The notes below the pieces were generated by a model that saw nothing but the letters and a program-made list of their open reading frames with translations, was not told the DNA's origin and did not search any database. A DNA stretch of 64,000 nt, from the NCBI GenBank assembly GCA_963764625.1, contig CAVXTH010000006.1, forward strand, positions 352,001 to 416,000. The letters run 5' to 3'. This document shows, piece after piece, positions 18,857 through 29,030 of this stretch; the first letter of the stretch is position 1, and each line of letters opens with the position of its first letter. The position numbers and the translations under genes were made by a program. Source of the DNA: Candidatus Krumholzibacteriota bacterium. GTDB taxonomy: Bacteria; Krumholzibacteriota; Krumholzibacteriia; JAJRXK01.

Positions 18857-20074
18857 ATGGAGCAAGAACCTGTTCTCGCGGGTCTGGACCTGGGGTCCAC
18901 ACGATTTCGTGCCGTGGTAGCCGAACCGGACGGGAATGGAGGGGTGGCCATCTTGGGTCACGCCTCCGTTCCCAGCCGCGGCTACACCCGCAGTGAACTC
19001 GTGGATCTGCCCGCGGCCGCGTTGGCGCTGAGGGGACTCCTGGATACCGCCTGCGGAATCGCCGGCGTCATCCCGCAGTCCATCGCGGTCGGGGTGGGAG
19101 GGTCTCACCTGCGGAGCGTCTCCTCCAGCGGATCGATTTCGCTGGACGAGTCCGGAGGGCACGTGCGGGGCGAGCATCTGGAACGGGTTCGTCGGCGAGT
19201 TCAGGCCATGGGAATCCCTTTCGATCGGGTGATTCTCCACTGTTTCCCCGTGGAGTACACCCTCGACGGCCGCGGAGGTCTGCAGAACCCGATCGGCATG
19301 ATGGGCTCCCGCTTACAGCTCGACGCCCATTTGGTCACCGGAGAGCAGGCGGCGGTGCAGGCCATCGATCGCGTGGTCGAGATGGCGGGGTACAAGGCCG
19401 ATCCGCTCGTCTTCAATCCCTGCGCTACCGCCGCCTATCTTGTGTCGCAGGAAGAGAGGGAGCAGGGCTGCCTGCTCATCGATATCGGGGGCGAACTCAC
19501 CCATTTCGCGCTCTTCTGCCGGGGCCGATTGCGGCAGAGTGGGGTTGTCCCCTTGGGAGGAAATCACGTCACGAGAGACCTCGCCTACGTTTTGGGTGTT
19601 GATCCCAAGGAGGCAGAGGTACTAAAAAGGACAACGGCCAGCGCTCTGCGCTCGAAGGTCCTACCCCACGGAGGCAGCCCCACCGCCTCTACCGTCGATT
19701 CGTCGAGTGCTATCCAAACCAGGGTAGCGGCAGTTTGCGAACCCCGACAGCAGGAGATCCTGGAGCATGTCGCCTCCGGCCTGCAGTGGGGAGTGACGCG
19801 ACCCTCCCTGGCGGCGGGGATCATTCTCACCGGTGGTGGGAGCAGAATTCCCGGAACGGTGGAGCTCGCCGAGCAGGTCTTCGCGCTGAGAGCGGACCAG
19901 AGGCGTGCTCCAGGTGACGATCTGTCTCAGGAGCCGGATTCCTGGGCGACGGCGCTCGGACTGAGCCGGAGAGCTCTACAACACGAACACTCCCTTCCTC
20001 TAGCCCCCATCGCTAGTCCCGGGGGAGGGAGACTCTGGAGCAATTTCAAACGCATTCTCGATCGCATCGTGTGA
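18857..20074 (+). CDS. ftsA: Cell division protein FtsA
   Basis: GLDLGST, NPIGM.G.RL, DIGG..T, GG..VT.DL and GIILTGGGS motifs plus a C-terminal amphipathic helix. Confidence 0.93.
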   Translation: MEQEPVLAGLDLGSTRFRAVVAEPDGNGGVAILGHASVPSRGYTRSELVDLPAAALALRGLLDTACGIAGVIPQSIAVGVGGSHLRSVSSSGSISLDESGGHVRGEHLERVRRRVQAMGIPFDRVILHCFPVEYTLDGRGGLQNPIGMMGSRLQLDAHLVTGEQAAVQAIDRVVEMAGYKADPLVFNPCATAAYLVSQEEREQGCLLIDIGGELTHFALFCRGRLRQSGVVPLGGNHVTRDLAYVLGVDPKEAEVLKRTTASALRSKVLPHGGSPTASTVDSSSAIQTRVAAVCEPRQQEILEHVASGLQWGVTRPSLAAGIILTGGGSRIPGTVELAEQVFALRADQRRAPGDDLSQEPDSWATALGLSRRALQHEHSLPLAPIASPGGGRLWSNFKRILDRIV

Positions 20075-20123
20075 GAGGGAGAGCGTTTGTCCCCCATGAC
20101 ACGGTTTAAGCTGGAGGATTCCA

Positions 20124-21509
20124 ATGATGATGTTCGAGTTCGAAGAGGAATACACGGATCAGGCTCAAATCCGAGTCGTGGGAGTCGGTGGAGCGGGCGG
20201 GAACGCCGTCAACGGAATGGTGGCCTCCGGTTTACCCGGAGTGGAGTTCGTCGCCATCAACACCGATGCGCAAGCTCTGCAGGAGAGCCAGGCCACCAAC
20301 AAGGTGCAGATCGGAGCCAAGATCACCCGCGGACTGGGTTCGGGCGGAGACCCGCGCGTGGGCAGCAAGGCGGTCGAGGAAGATGAGAACACGGTGGCCG
20401 AGGTGCTGACCGGCGCCGACATGGTGTTCGTCACCGCGGGCATGGGTGGAGGAACCGGGACGGGAGCGGCGCCCACCGTGGCCCGCATCGCGCGGGAGTT
20501 GGGGGCGCTCGTGGTGGGGATCGTCACCATGCCCTTCACTTTTGAAGGGCGTCACCGTAGAACCCAGGCCTGCGAGGGTTTCGAAGCGCTCAAGTCGCAA
20601 GTGGACACCCTCATCGCCATCCAGAACGATCGGTTGCTCAAGATCGTTCCCGCGAACACTCCCCTCACCGATGCCTTCCGGGTGGCGGACATGGTGCTCT
20701 ACCACGCCACCAAGGGTATCAGCGACCTCATCACCGTGCCCGGTCTGGTGAATCTCGATTTTGCCGACGTGCGCAGCATCATGACCGGAATGGGAGACGC
20801 CATCATGGGCGCGGGCGTCGCCAAGGGCGACACGCGCGCGGCCGACGCGGCCACCGCGGCCATCTCGAGCCCACTTCTCGACGAGATCGACATTCGCGGC
20901 GCCAAGGGAGTGCTGGTCAACATCACCGGCGCGAGCGACATGACTCTCCACGAGGTGAGCGAGGCGACGAGCATCATCCAGGACGGTGTGGGCAGCGAAG
21001 CGAATCTCATCTTCGGAGCCGTCATCGATCCCAATGCAGGAGAGGAGATGCGGGTGACGGTGATCGCCACCGGGTTCGGCGATCCCGCGCGCCAATCTCC
21101 GCGCGTGGGAATCGACATGAACATGGTGAGACCTCTCACCCAGCCGGTTCCCCTGCAGAAGGTCGCGAGTCGTCAGAGCCCGAAGACCCCGGCGCCGGAG
21201 CCCTTCGCTCCCACCCAGGCTCCGGCCGCCAGCCACGGCACCGCCTCGGTTCAGGCGCAAGCTCCTTCCAGCCATGCGATGGAGGCTGGAAGAGGCAGAC
21301 AGCTGTCGTTGGAAGAGAACATTGCGAGTCCGCCGGAGAACGAGTCGGCTCAGGCACCGCGGCGTTCGATGTTCGAGCCCGAGGGTGCGCCGCCGCGGCC
21401 GATCCCTCTCGAGCAAGAGGAGGATCTGCCTCTGAAAGCTCGCCCAGCCCGTAGTGGTCGTGGCGCGGACCTGGACATCCCGACCTTCATCCGCAAGACG
21501 ATGGACTGA
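20124..21509 (+). CDS. ftsZ: Cell division protein FtsZ
   Basis: [20 protein letters not shown] and N.DFADV motifs, Pro/Ala-rich linker and C-terminal [10 protein letters not shown] peptide. Confidence 0.98.
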   Translation: MMMFEFEEEYTDQAQIRVVGVGGAGGNAVNGMVASGLPGVEFVAINTDAQALQESQATNKVQIGAKITRGLGSGGDPRVGSKAVEEDENTVAEVLTGADMVFVTAGMGGGTGTGAAPTVARIARELGALVVGIVTMPFTFEGRHRRTQACEGFEALKSQVDTLIAIQNDRLLKIVPANTPLTDAFRVADMVLYHATKGISDLITVPGLVNLDFADVRSIMTGMGDAIMGAGVAKGDTRAADAATAAISSPLLDEIDIRGAKGVLVNITGASDMTLHEVSEATSIIQDGVGSEANLIFGAVIDPNAGEEMRVTVIATGFGDPARQSPRVGIDMNMVRPLTQPVPLQKVASRQSPKTPAPEPFAPTQAPAASHGTASVQAQAPSSHAMEAGRGRQLSLEENIASPPENESAQAPRRSMFEPEGAPPRPIPLEQEEDLPLKARPARSGRGADLDIPTFIRKTMD

Positions 21510-21572
21510 TCGCCGCCGGGAGAGAGCTCGAGTGGTGACCCCGGCGGGGATCCTTCGTAAGGGAGGGTTTCG

Positions 21573-23237
21573 ATGTTTCGTTGGCTATTCGGAGACACGC
21601 CCCAACGCCATTACGAACACGGCATGCGGCTCTACAACGGGGGCGAGTTCGACGCCTCCCTCAGGGCTTTCGATCAAGCTCTCGGCGGCTTGGTCGACGA
21701 TTCACATCCCTACGTGGCCCTGGCTCGTTTCTATCGAGCGGAGGCACAGGCGAAAATCGGGGCTCGCCTGCTGCGTGACGGGCGCGATCGTGACGCTCTG
21801 CGCTACATCGACGCCGCCCTGAGCGAGCAACCCGGTTATCCCGACCTTCACTTCCGCAAGGCGGTGGCGCTCTTCCGCCAGGGCGACATGAAGCCGGCGG
21901 AGGAATCGGCGCAGTGCGCTCTGAAGATCAACGGAGACCTGGCCGAAGCCCGAGTCCTGATCTCGGTGATCCTGCGCGAAAGGGGAGAGGACGAGGCAGC
22001 GGACGCGGAGCTGAGTCGCGCCAAGAGCGCGGGCAAGCGCCGTCCCACCGCTCTCACGCGGTTTCTCGACTCGGGGTCGCGCCGGCCGAGCGCGGAGGAG
22101 CTGTGGGAACACCTCTTTGACGAAGAGAGTCTCAGGCGTCGGATCGATCAGGCCGAGTCTCTCTATTTGACGGGAAATCTAAAGGAGAGCCGGCGCGTGA
22201 TCGAAGAGCTCCTGGGGACCTATCCCGATTTTCCCGACTTGCGGTTCAAATTGGCGCTGATCCTGTTTCGCGAGGGAGAGCTCGCCGAGGCGCTGGTTCA
22301 CCTCGAGAGAGCCCTCACCATCCACTCCGGTTTTGCGGACGCGCTCGTCCTATCGGCCGCGGTCCTACTGCATCAAGGCGAGGTGGAGCGGGCCCGCAAG
22401 CGCTACGAGAGGGCTCGAGAGGGAGCGGCCCTGCCCTCTCCATTTGCCGATTACGGCCTGGCCCTGTGTCTGCACCTCGAGGGAGACGAAGAGGGTTGCG
22501 ACAAGCTCATCCGGCCGCTTCTCAGTCAAGGTGAGGTCCCCGGAGAAGTGCTGGCCCTCTTGGCCTGCACCCGCGCCCTGGAAGATCAGCGAGAACTGGC
22601 GCGAGCGGCTTACGCAGATCTGACGGGCAATCAACCCGCTGCTGAATCGGTGCTCGATGCAGTGGCGTTTCACCTGCGTTCGGGTTCGGCCGAGGCGGTC
22701 GAGAGCTGCCTGGCCCATCTCGGAGAGGATCGGAGCGAGCCGGCCGCGGTTCTGGCGCGAGCCGAGGTGCAGCTCGCGAAGGGGAAATTCGGAGCCGCTG
22801 CGAAGTTGCTCGACGAACAGCAACGGAGCGAAGGTGTCCAGCCGGCGCTGGCAGTGCTCCGTTCCCGCATTTACTCTCAGCTGGGGGAGGAGTCCCTCGC
22901 TCTGCGCAAGCTCGATGAAGTCCTGCGGCACTGGCCCGAGAGCGCTCCTGGGCGGAGGGAGCGCGTTCGAATTCTGGCCCAGAGCGGGCGCGTGACCGAG
23001 GCTCTCGAGGAGCAGGAGCAACTGCGCGCCCTGAAGCAGGGTTCTCTCGAAGACGAGATCTGCCATCTGCAACTTCTGCGACGAAGCGGCGAAGTCGGGC
23101 GCGCGGAAACGAGCGCGAATCGGCTCGCGCAGCTATATCCACTCTCACTCCGAGTGCGGAGCCAGCAGAGGGAGCGCTGGCTGGGCCCGCTCTCGGCGGT
23201 GGAACCCACACCTCTCAGCGAGGCCGTGGAGGCGTAG
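21573..23237 (+). CDS. Tetratricopeptide repeat protein
   Basis: Many TPR-like helical repeats (YPDLHFRKA, FPDLRFKLA); strong RBS GGAGG. Confidence 0.75.
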   Translation: MFRWLFGDTPQRHYEHGMRLYNGGEFDASLRAFDQALGGLVDDSHPYVALARFYRAEAQAKIGARLLRDGRDRDALRYIDAALSEQPGYPDLHFRKAVALFRQGDMKPAEESAQCALKINGDLAEARVLISVILRERGEDEAADAELSRAKSAGKRRPTALTRFLDSGSRRPSAEELWEHLFDEESLRRRIDQAESLYLTGNLKESRRVIEELLGTYPDFPDLRFKLALILFREGELAEALVHLERALTIHSGFADALVLSAAVLLHQGEVERARKRYERAREGAALPSPFADYGLALCLHLEGDEEGCDKLIRPLLSQGEVPGEVLALLACTRALEDQRELARAAYADLTGNQPAAESVLDAVAFHLRSGSAEAVESCLAHLGEDRSEPAAVLARAEVQLAKGKFGAAAKLLDEQQRSEGVQPALAVLRSRIYSQLGEESLALRKLDEVLRHWPESAPGRRERVRILAQSGRVTEALEEQEQLRALKQGSLEDEICHLQLLRRSGEVGRAETSANRLAQLYPLSLRVRSQQRERWLGPLSAVEPTPLSEAVEA

Positions 23238-23272
23238 ATTTTCTCGTGCTCATTCCTTTCTCTTCCCGGACG

Positions 23273-23386
23273 GCCGAGCATCGCTTGCCCTTCGATCTCC
23301 TTTTGAAATTGGTCCCTGTTTTGGACCTAGCTCCTGACAGCGAGTTCGACTTCAACGCGGCGATCGGCGGGCGCTACTACTTCTGA
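23273..23386 (+). pseudogene. C-terminal remnant of a small outer-membrane beta-barrel protein
   Basis: The intergenic frame reads AEHRLPFDLLLKLVPVLDLAPDSEFDFNAAIGGRYYF-stop: two amphipathic strands ending in a BAM-type GxRYYF signal, with no signal peptide or N-terminal part. Confidence 0.55.
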
Positions 23387-23390
23387 GTTC

Positions 23391-23422
23391 GGCCGCGCGT
23401 CTCTTTCGAGTGGCGCGCGGCC
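23391..23422 (+). terminator. GC-rich hairpin after the OMP remnant
   Basis: GGCCGCGCG...CGCGCGGCC inverted repeat; no clear U-tract. Confidence 0.4.
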
Positions 23423-23522
23423 GGGGTTCGCGCGTCCTGCCTGCCGGTGGGAGAAACCGCGCGCTAGCGTTATCTTGAATCCCCGTGCGGCCGATTTTCC
23501 CGCCTTACGCTCAAGGGAGCCC

Positions 23523-25253
23523 ATGACGGCCATTCCCGCATTCGTCGCCGAGAAACTGGAGCAGGAGACCTGGATCGTCCCCGCCCCAGCGCGCGCGCGT
23601 TCCAACCGCCCGTCTCTTCTGGTCTGTTTCGCCAATACCTATGAAGTCGGCATGTCCAATCTGGGCTTCCAGTACATTTGGAGTACATGTCTGGATGGCA
23701 TGAAACTCCCGGTAGACCGTCTCTTTCTCGAAGCCGAAACTCCGGGCTCGCCCCTGTCCTTCGAGACGCGCCGTCCCTTGGCCGAGCATCGGCTGAGCCT
23801 GTGGAGCATTTCCTTCGAGGAGGATTATTTCCATTTCGCACGCATGTTGCACGAGGCCGGAGTTCCTCTCAGGGCCAATGCTCGCGGAGAGGACGATCTC
23901 TTCGTGCTGGCCGGCGGCCCCGCCGTCACCGCGAATCCAGAAACTCTCGCGCTGCTCTGCGATGCCATCGTCATCGGTGACGGTGAACCGTTCATGGACG
24001 AGGCCGGGCCGCTGCTCGAGGAATTCGCGGAGGGACGAATCACCCGCCACGAGTTCGCTGATGCGCTGTCGTCGATCCAGGGCGTATATCTCCCGGCGCG
24101 TATGCACAACCCCACCCTCCACGAGCATTCCGTGAAGGACCAAGCTCATCCGGAGCTGATCGTCAAACGCACCGAGACCGCGGAGGTGGTGGACGACCTG
24201 ATCAATTCAAGAGTCATCACTCCCAGCAGCGTCTTCTCTAACGTGATGATGGCGGAGATGACGCGCGGGTGTGGCTGGGGCTGCCGATTCTGTCTCGCTG
24301 GCTACTGGTATCGGCCGGTGCGCTTTTCCAACGCGGACGCCCTCATCGAGCGGCTCGATCGCACGGATTTGAAGGGGGGATCGGTGGGCCTGGTCGGCGC
24401 CTGCCTGGTGGATCACCCCGAGCTGGATCGCGTCACCACGAAACTGGCCGAGAAGGGAATTTCCTACACCACCAGCAGCCTCCGTCTGGAACTTCTCGAT
24501 GCGCAGCGCGTGGACAAGATCGTACAGGGTGGAATGCGCACCATCACGATCGCTCCCGAGGCTGGCACTTCGCGGCTGCGCAGCGTGATCCGCAAGACCA
24601 TGTCGCACGAGGACATCCTGGAGAGCGGCCGCATCCTGGCCGCCAAGGGGGTCAAGAAGCTCAAGCTCTACTTCATGATGGGACTGCCCACCGAGAGCGA
24701 CGAAGACATGGAGGGGATCGTCTCCCTGGCAAAGGATCTCAAGCGGGTCTTCGCCGAAGTGGGCCACCATCCACGGCTCTCTTTGAGCGTCAGTCCGCTC
24801 GTGCCCAAGCCCTGGACCGCGTTCCAGTGGAAGGCGATGATCGGCAAGGACGTGCATGCGCGAAGGGCGAAGATCCTCTTGCGGGCACTCGATCGCGTCT
24901 CCGGTGTAAGAGTGACGGTGGGAACATCCAAGGAGACGTATCGGCAGAGCATTCTGTCCCTGGGGGACCGGAGGGTGTCGGAAGCCCTGATTCGCTGGGC
25001 GGAGGGCTCCTCGCCCACCTGGAATCGTGCCCTGCGGGATGCTGGGGTGGACGTGGATTGGCTGCTCTTCGCCGAAAAGCCGGATGACTATGGCTTCCCT
25101 TGGGATTTTGTGAAGACGGCGGTCACCCGACGTTACCTCCTGAAGGAATATCATCGCAGTTTTCGCGATGGGGGTGAGCTAGGGGAACGGGCGTGGGAGG
25201 CGCGTCAGAGAGAACTCGAGGGGCGCGCAATCCTGGCGCGTACCAGCGCTTGA
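23523..25253 (+). CDS. Radical SAM protein (TIGR03960-like, B12-binding-like N-terminus)
   Basis: YEVGMSNLG, TRGCGWGCRFC (CxxxCxxC), TIAPEAG..RLR..I.K, KLYFM.GLPTE and PKPWTAFQW motifs. Confidence 0.85.
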   Translation: MTAIPAFVAEKLEQETWIVPAPARARSNRPSLLVCFANTYEVGMSNLGFQYIWSTCLDGMKLPVDRLFLEAETPGSPLSFETRRPLAEHRLSLWSISFEEDYFHFARMLHEAGVPLRANARGEDDLFVLAGGPAVTANPETLALLCDAIVIGDGEPFMDEAGPLLEEFAEGRITRHEFADALSSIQGVYLPARMHNPTLHEHSVKDQAHPELIVKRTETAEVVDDLINSRVITPSSVFSNVMMAEMTRGCGWGCRFCLAGYWYRPVRFSNADALIERLDRTDLKGGSVGLVGACLVDHPELDRVTTKLAEKGISYTTSSLRLELLDAQRVDKIVQGGMRTITIAPEAGTSRLRSVIRKTMSHEDILESGRILAAKGVKKLKLYFMMGLPTESDEDMEGIVSLAKDLKRVFAEVGHHPRLSLSVSPLVPKPWTAFQWKAMIGKDVHARRAKILLRALDRVSGVRVTVGTSKETYRQSILSLGDRRVSEALIRWAEGSSPTWNRALRDAGVDVDWLLFAEKPDDYGFPWDFVKTAVTRRYLLKEYHRSFRDGGELGERAWEARQRELEGRAILARTSA

Positions 25254-25333
25254 CGCGAGACGCTGCGTGCGCTCAATTCGGAGTCTCCTCGACTCACTGC
25301 CGGCTGGACCTTCATCGAGGTGAATCAATCACC

Positions 25334-26815
25334 ATGACGGATTCGATTCTTGTCGCGCGATGGGCCTCGACCCTTGCCCTGCTCGTTCTGCTCGCCGGCG
25401 GAACCTGCGGGCATGCCTTTGCCCAGGACATTCCGGCTCCCGATCCCACGCGGCCCTGGCTGGCCAGGGGCGACAGTCTCGTCGCCGCCGGGAAGGGAGA
25501 GCTCGCACGGGACGCCTACCGCGAGGCCCTCAAGAAGCACTCCGACGACGTGGAGCTGTGGCTGCGCGTGGCGGCGGTGGAGACGGCGCTGGGAGACCCC
25601 AGGCGGGGCATGGACGCGGCCCAGAAAGCGCGCAAGCTCGACCCCAAGGGCGCCGATCCCTATCTGATGTTGGCTCAGGCTCAATTCGCCGCGGGAGACG
25701 CGTCGACCGCGCTCAAGACCCTCGAGGCCGGAGTGAGTACCCACGAGGATGACATCCCCCTGCTGGAGGCGCTCGTCACCGTAAAGATCGCGATGAAGAA
25801 ATGGGCCGAGGCCGGGGGGTTGTTGCGCCAGCTGATTCTGCTCGATGGGTCCAATCCCATGTACTACATGGATCTCGGACGGATTCAGCATCGAGTGGGA
25901 GAGATGAACGACGCCTATTCCAATCTGAAGAAAGCGCTCAATCTGGGCGCGTCCCGTTCGGAGGCGCTCGCGCTCTTGGGACACGTCTGTCTGGGGCTCG
26001 GGCGCATGGACGAGGCCAAGAAAGACCTCGAGGAGAGTCTCTCGATCGAGCCCAGCTCCGAGGCATGGTCCGGCCTGGCCGGATATCACTTCCTGCAGGG
26101 AGATGCCGTCGAGGCGGAGAAGGCCTTCCGCGAGTCGCTGCGACTCGATCCCAACGATCCCGACTCGTGGTTCAATCTGGGGAATGCCCTGGTGGTGCAG
26201 GAGAAGATGGCGGAGGCGGAAGAAGCTTACCGCAAGGTCATCAAGCTCGATCCGGGACCGTCATCCGCCGCGGCGAGGCTGAATCTGGGCGTCCTCCTGC
26301 TCACCCGGGAAAAGGTGGACGAAGCGAAGCAGAGCCTGAGCGAGGCCGCCCGTCTCAATCCCCAGTTGCCGGGACCGCACCTGCATCTCGCACGCATCGC
26401 CGGAGCGCGGTTTCATTACGAGGAAGCCAAGAATCACTATCTGGACTATCGCAAGGTCGTTCCCGATGAGAAGGAGAAGAAGCGAATCGATGGCGTCCTC
26501 GCCGATCTCGAAGCCAAGATCAAGGAGAGGAACTCGGCGTTGAGCCTTGGCGAAGTTCACCTCCTGCAGATCATGACGCCGGAGAAAGCTCAGGCGGAAA
26601 AGGCGCGGGCGCGAGTGCAGCAGGGTGAGGATTTCTATTCGGTGGGCGAGTCGCTGAGCAAACTGGCCAAGATCACCGGCATCGACATCGGCTACGTGGA
26701 TCCCGCTTCGCTCAATCAGGGATTTCGGAGCGCCATTGTCGCGCTGAAAGTAGGCGATCTCAGCGAAGTCGTGAAAGGTCCCAACGGTTGGTATCTGTTC
26801 CAACGCGTGGAGTGA
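25334..26815 (+). CDS. Exported TPR protein with C-terminal parvulin-like (PpiC) domain
   Basis: Signal peptide (..AHAFAQ-like), multiple TPRs, and a C-terminal GEDF..V...S....GIDIGYV......F..A...LKVG.LS.VV....GWY rotamase pattern. Confidence 0.75.
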   Translation: MTDSILVARWASTLALLVLLAGGTCGHAFAQDIPAPDPTRPWLARGDSLVAAGKGELARDAYREALKKHSDDVELWLRVAAVETALGDPRRGMDAAQKARKLDPKGADPYLMLAQAQFAAGDASTALKTLEAGVSTHEDDIPLLEALVTVKIAMKKWAEAGGLLRQLILLDGSNPMYYMDLGRIQHRVGEMNDAYSNLKKALNLGASRSEALALLGHVCLGLGRMDEAKKDLEESLSIEPSSEAWSGLAGYHFLQGDAVEAEKAFRESLRLDPNDPDSWFNLGNALVVQEKMAEAEEAYRKVIKLDPGPSSAAARLNLGVLLLTREKVDEAKQSLSEAARLNPQLPGPHLHLARIAGARFHYEEAKNHYLDYRKVVPDEKEKKRIDGVLADLEAKIKERNSALSLGEVHLLQIMTPEKAQAEKARARVQQGEDFYSVGESLSKLAKITGIDIGYVDPASLNQGFRSAIVALKVGDLSEVVKGPNGWYLFQRVE

Positions 26816-26831
26816 ACCGCCGGAGCATTCC

Positions 26832-28916
26832 ATGAGCGACAATCCCACGCCTCGCTTCCGTCTGGACAGCTCCGTGCAGTACCTGAAGGGAGTGGGCCCT
26901 CGACGATCGCAGATACTCAAGCGCCTCGGGATCGAGCGGGGCGAGGATCTGCTCTATCACCTTCCCCACGACTATCTAACACGGTCTTCCCTGAAGTCCC
27001 TCCGCACACTCCGCGATGGGGAAAGCGCGACGGTCTGCGGCCAAGTGATCGACGTGCAGAGCCGCCGCATCCGGGGTGGAAGGACGCTGGTGAGCGTGGT
27101 GCTCATGGAAAGCGGCATGCAGCTTCATCTGAATTGGTTCAACGCGCCGTGGGTCGCCAAGCAGCTGCGGATCGGGGAAGAACTCGTGGTCTCGGGCAGA
27201 GCGGGGTCGTACCGCAAGCAGCTCCAGATGGTCAATCCCGCGTTCGAAGAGGCGAGCCAGGACGGAGAGCTGCTCTCGGGTCGCTTGATGCCGTGTTATC
27301 CGCTCACTGCCGGAATTTCGCAGACGATCATGCGCAAGCTCGTGCGCCGGGCGCTGGACGAATTACGCGTGGAGCTGGTCGACCCGCTGCCTGCGAGCTG
27401 GCGCGAGGAAGAGGATCTCCTGGGGCTGAAGGACGCGATGGAGGCGGTCCACCGCCCCGAGGGTCCAGAGGCCGCGGCGCGGGGACGCAAGCGTCTGGCG
27501 TACGACGAGGCGCTGGCCTTGCAGCTCTCGGTGGGAGTGCGCCGCCGAAAACTGTTGCGGCGCAGTGCCGCGGTGAGACTGGGAGAATTGGGGGAGCGGT
27601 CCGGCCGCTACCTCGAAGACCTCGGTTTCACTCTCACCTCCGCCCAACGGCGCGTTCTGAAGACTCTTCGCCAGGACTTGATGCGAGAGGTCGCGATGCA
27701 TCGCCTGTTGCAGGGCGACGTGGGAAGCGGCAAGACGCTAGTCGCGCTCCTGGCGATGATCTGGATGACGGAGAGCGGAGCGCAGGCGGCCTTCATGGCG
27801 CCGACCGAGATCCTGGCCCAACAGCACGCGGCGCGCAACGTGCCGCTCCTAGAGAGAATTGGGATTCGCGCCGCGATCTTGACGGGAAGCACGCCCGCGG
27901 CGAAGCGCCGCGAGATCCTCGCGGAGCTAAAGTCCGGGAATCTCCAGATCATATTCGGTACGCACGCGCTCATCCAGGAGAGCGTGGAATTCGATCGACT
28001 GGGTTTGATCGTCGTCGACGAGCAACACCGCTTTGGGGTTCTCCAGCGCGCGGCGCTCTCGGGAGAAGGAGCGCATTTGTTGGTGATGTCGGCCACTCCG
28101 ATCCCACGGAGCTTGGCGCTGACCGTTTTCGCCGACCTCGATCTATCGATCCTGGACGAAAAGCCGCCCGGACGCACACCGGTGGTCACTCGGGTCGTGG
28201 GGGAAGCTGCCCTCGCCAAGGTCTACGAACACCTGCGAGGGCGCGTTGAAAAGGGAGAGCGCGCGTACCTGGTATACCCTCTGGTGGAAGAGACCGAGGG
28301 CAATGACCTGGCCAGCGCGAGCGCGGCCTTCGAGGAGCTGAGCGCGGGACCGCTGCGCGGTCTCCGTCTCGGGCTCTTGCACGGGAGAATGTCGGCGCGC
28401 GAGAAGGAGCACATCCGTGAGGCCTTCAGCGAAGGAAGTTTGGACGTGCTCGTGGCCACTACGGTCGTCGAAGTTGGAGTCGACGTGCCGGAGGCCACCG
28501 TCATGGTCGTCCACCACGCCGAACGATTCGGACTCGCCCAGCTCCATCAACTCCGCGGACGCGTGGGAAGAGGGGCCAGGAAATCCTGGTGCGTGCTGGT
28601 TGCCAGTCGCGAGATCGGTGAGGCGGGAAGCCGGCGTTTGAAACTCCTCGCCAGCTGTCACGACGGCTTCCAGTTGGCCGAGGCCGACCTGAAGGAGCGG
28701 GGAATGGGAGACCTTCTCGGCTTGCGCCAGCACGGGCTGGCTCCCTTCCGTGTCCTGAACCCTCTGAGCGACGGGGTCCTGGTGGAAGCCGCGCGAGACC
28801 GGGCCGAACGGGTCCTTCAGGAAGATCCCGAGCTGCGGTTTCCCGCCCATCGCTCGCTGAGCCTCTGGTTGGATCACCTGGGTTCGCGCAATCCGTTCTG
28901 GAGTGCGACGGGCTGA
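26832..28916 (+). CDS. recG: ATP-dependent DNA helicase RecG
   Basis: LKGVGP, RLLQGDVGSGKT, MAPTEILAQQH, DEQHRFG, MSATPIPRSL and GLAQLHQLRGRVGRG motifs. Confidence 0.97.
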   Translation: MSDNPTPRFRLDSSVQYLKGVGPRRSQILKRLGIERGEDLLYHLPHDYLTRSSLKSLRTLRDGESATVCGQVIDVQSRRIRGGRTLVSVVLMESGMQLHLNWFNAPWVAKQLRIGEELVVSGRAGSYRKQLQMVNPAFEEASQDGELLSGRLMPCYPLTAGISQTIMRKLVRRALDELRVELVDPLPASWREEEDLLGLKDAMEAVHRPEGPEAAARGRKRLAYDEALALQLSVGVRRRKLLRRSAAVRLGELGERSGRYLEDLGFTLTSAQRRVLKTLRQDLMREVAMHRLLQGDVGSGKTLVALLAMIWMTESGAQAAFMAPTEILAQQHAARNVPLLERIGIRAAILTGSTPAAKRREILAELKSGNLQIIFGTHALIQESVEFDRLGLIVVDEQHRFGVLQRAALSGEGAHLLVMSATPIPRSLALTVFADLDLSILDEKPPGRTPVVTRVVGEAALAKVYEHLRGRVEKGERAYLVYPLVEETEGNDLASASAAFEELSAGPLRGLRLGLLHGRMSAREKEHIREAFSEGSLDVLVATTVVEVGVDVPEATVMVVHHAERFGLAQLHQLRGRVGRGARKSWCVLVASREIGEAGSRRLKLLASCHDGFQLAEADLKERGMGDLLGLRQHGLAPFRVLNPLSDGVLVEAARDRAERVLQEDPELRFPAHRSLSLWLDHLGSRNPFWSATG

Positions 28917-28928
28917 ATTGCTGCCCGA

Positions 28929-28944
28929 TGGTCCGAACCTTGCT
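28929..28944 (+). promoter_or_regulatory. Sigma54 (-24/-12) promoter
   Basis: TGGTCCGAACCTTGCT: GG-N10-GC, ~90 nt upstream of the zinc-ribbon gene. Confidence 0.6.
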
Positions 28945-29030
28945 GCTTCAGGCCACCACAAGGAACTAGAAGCCCCCCGAGAGGCCGCGCCGGCCGTCAA
29001 TGGGGGAGTCTTTAGACACGTGGAGAGGCC

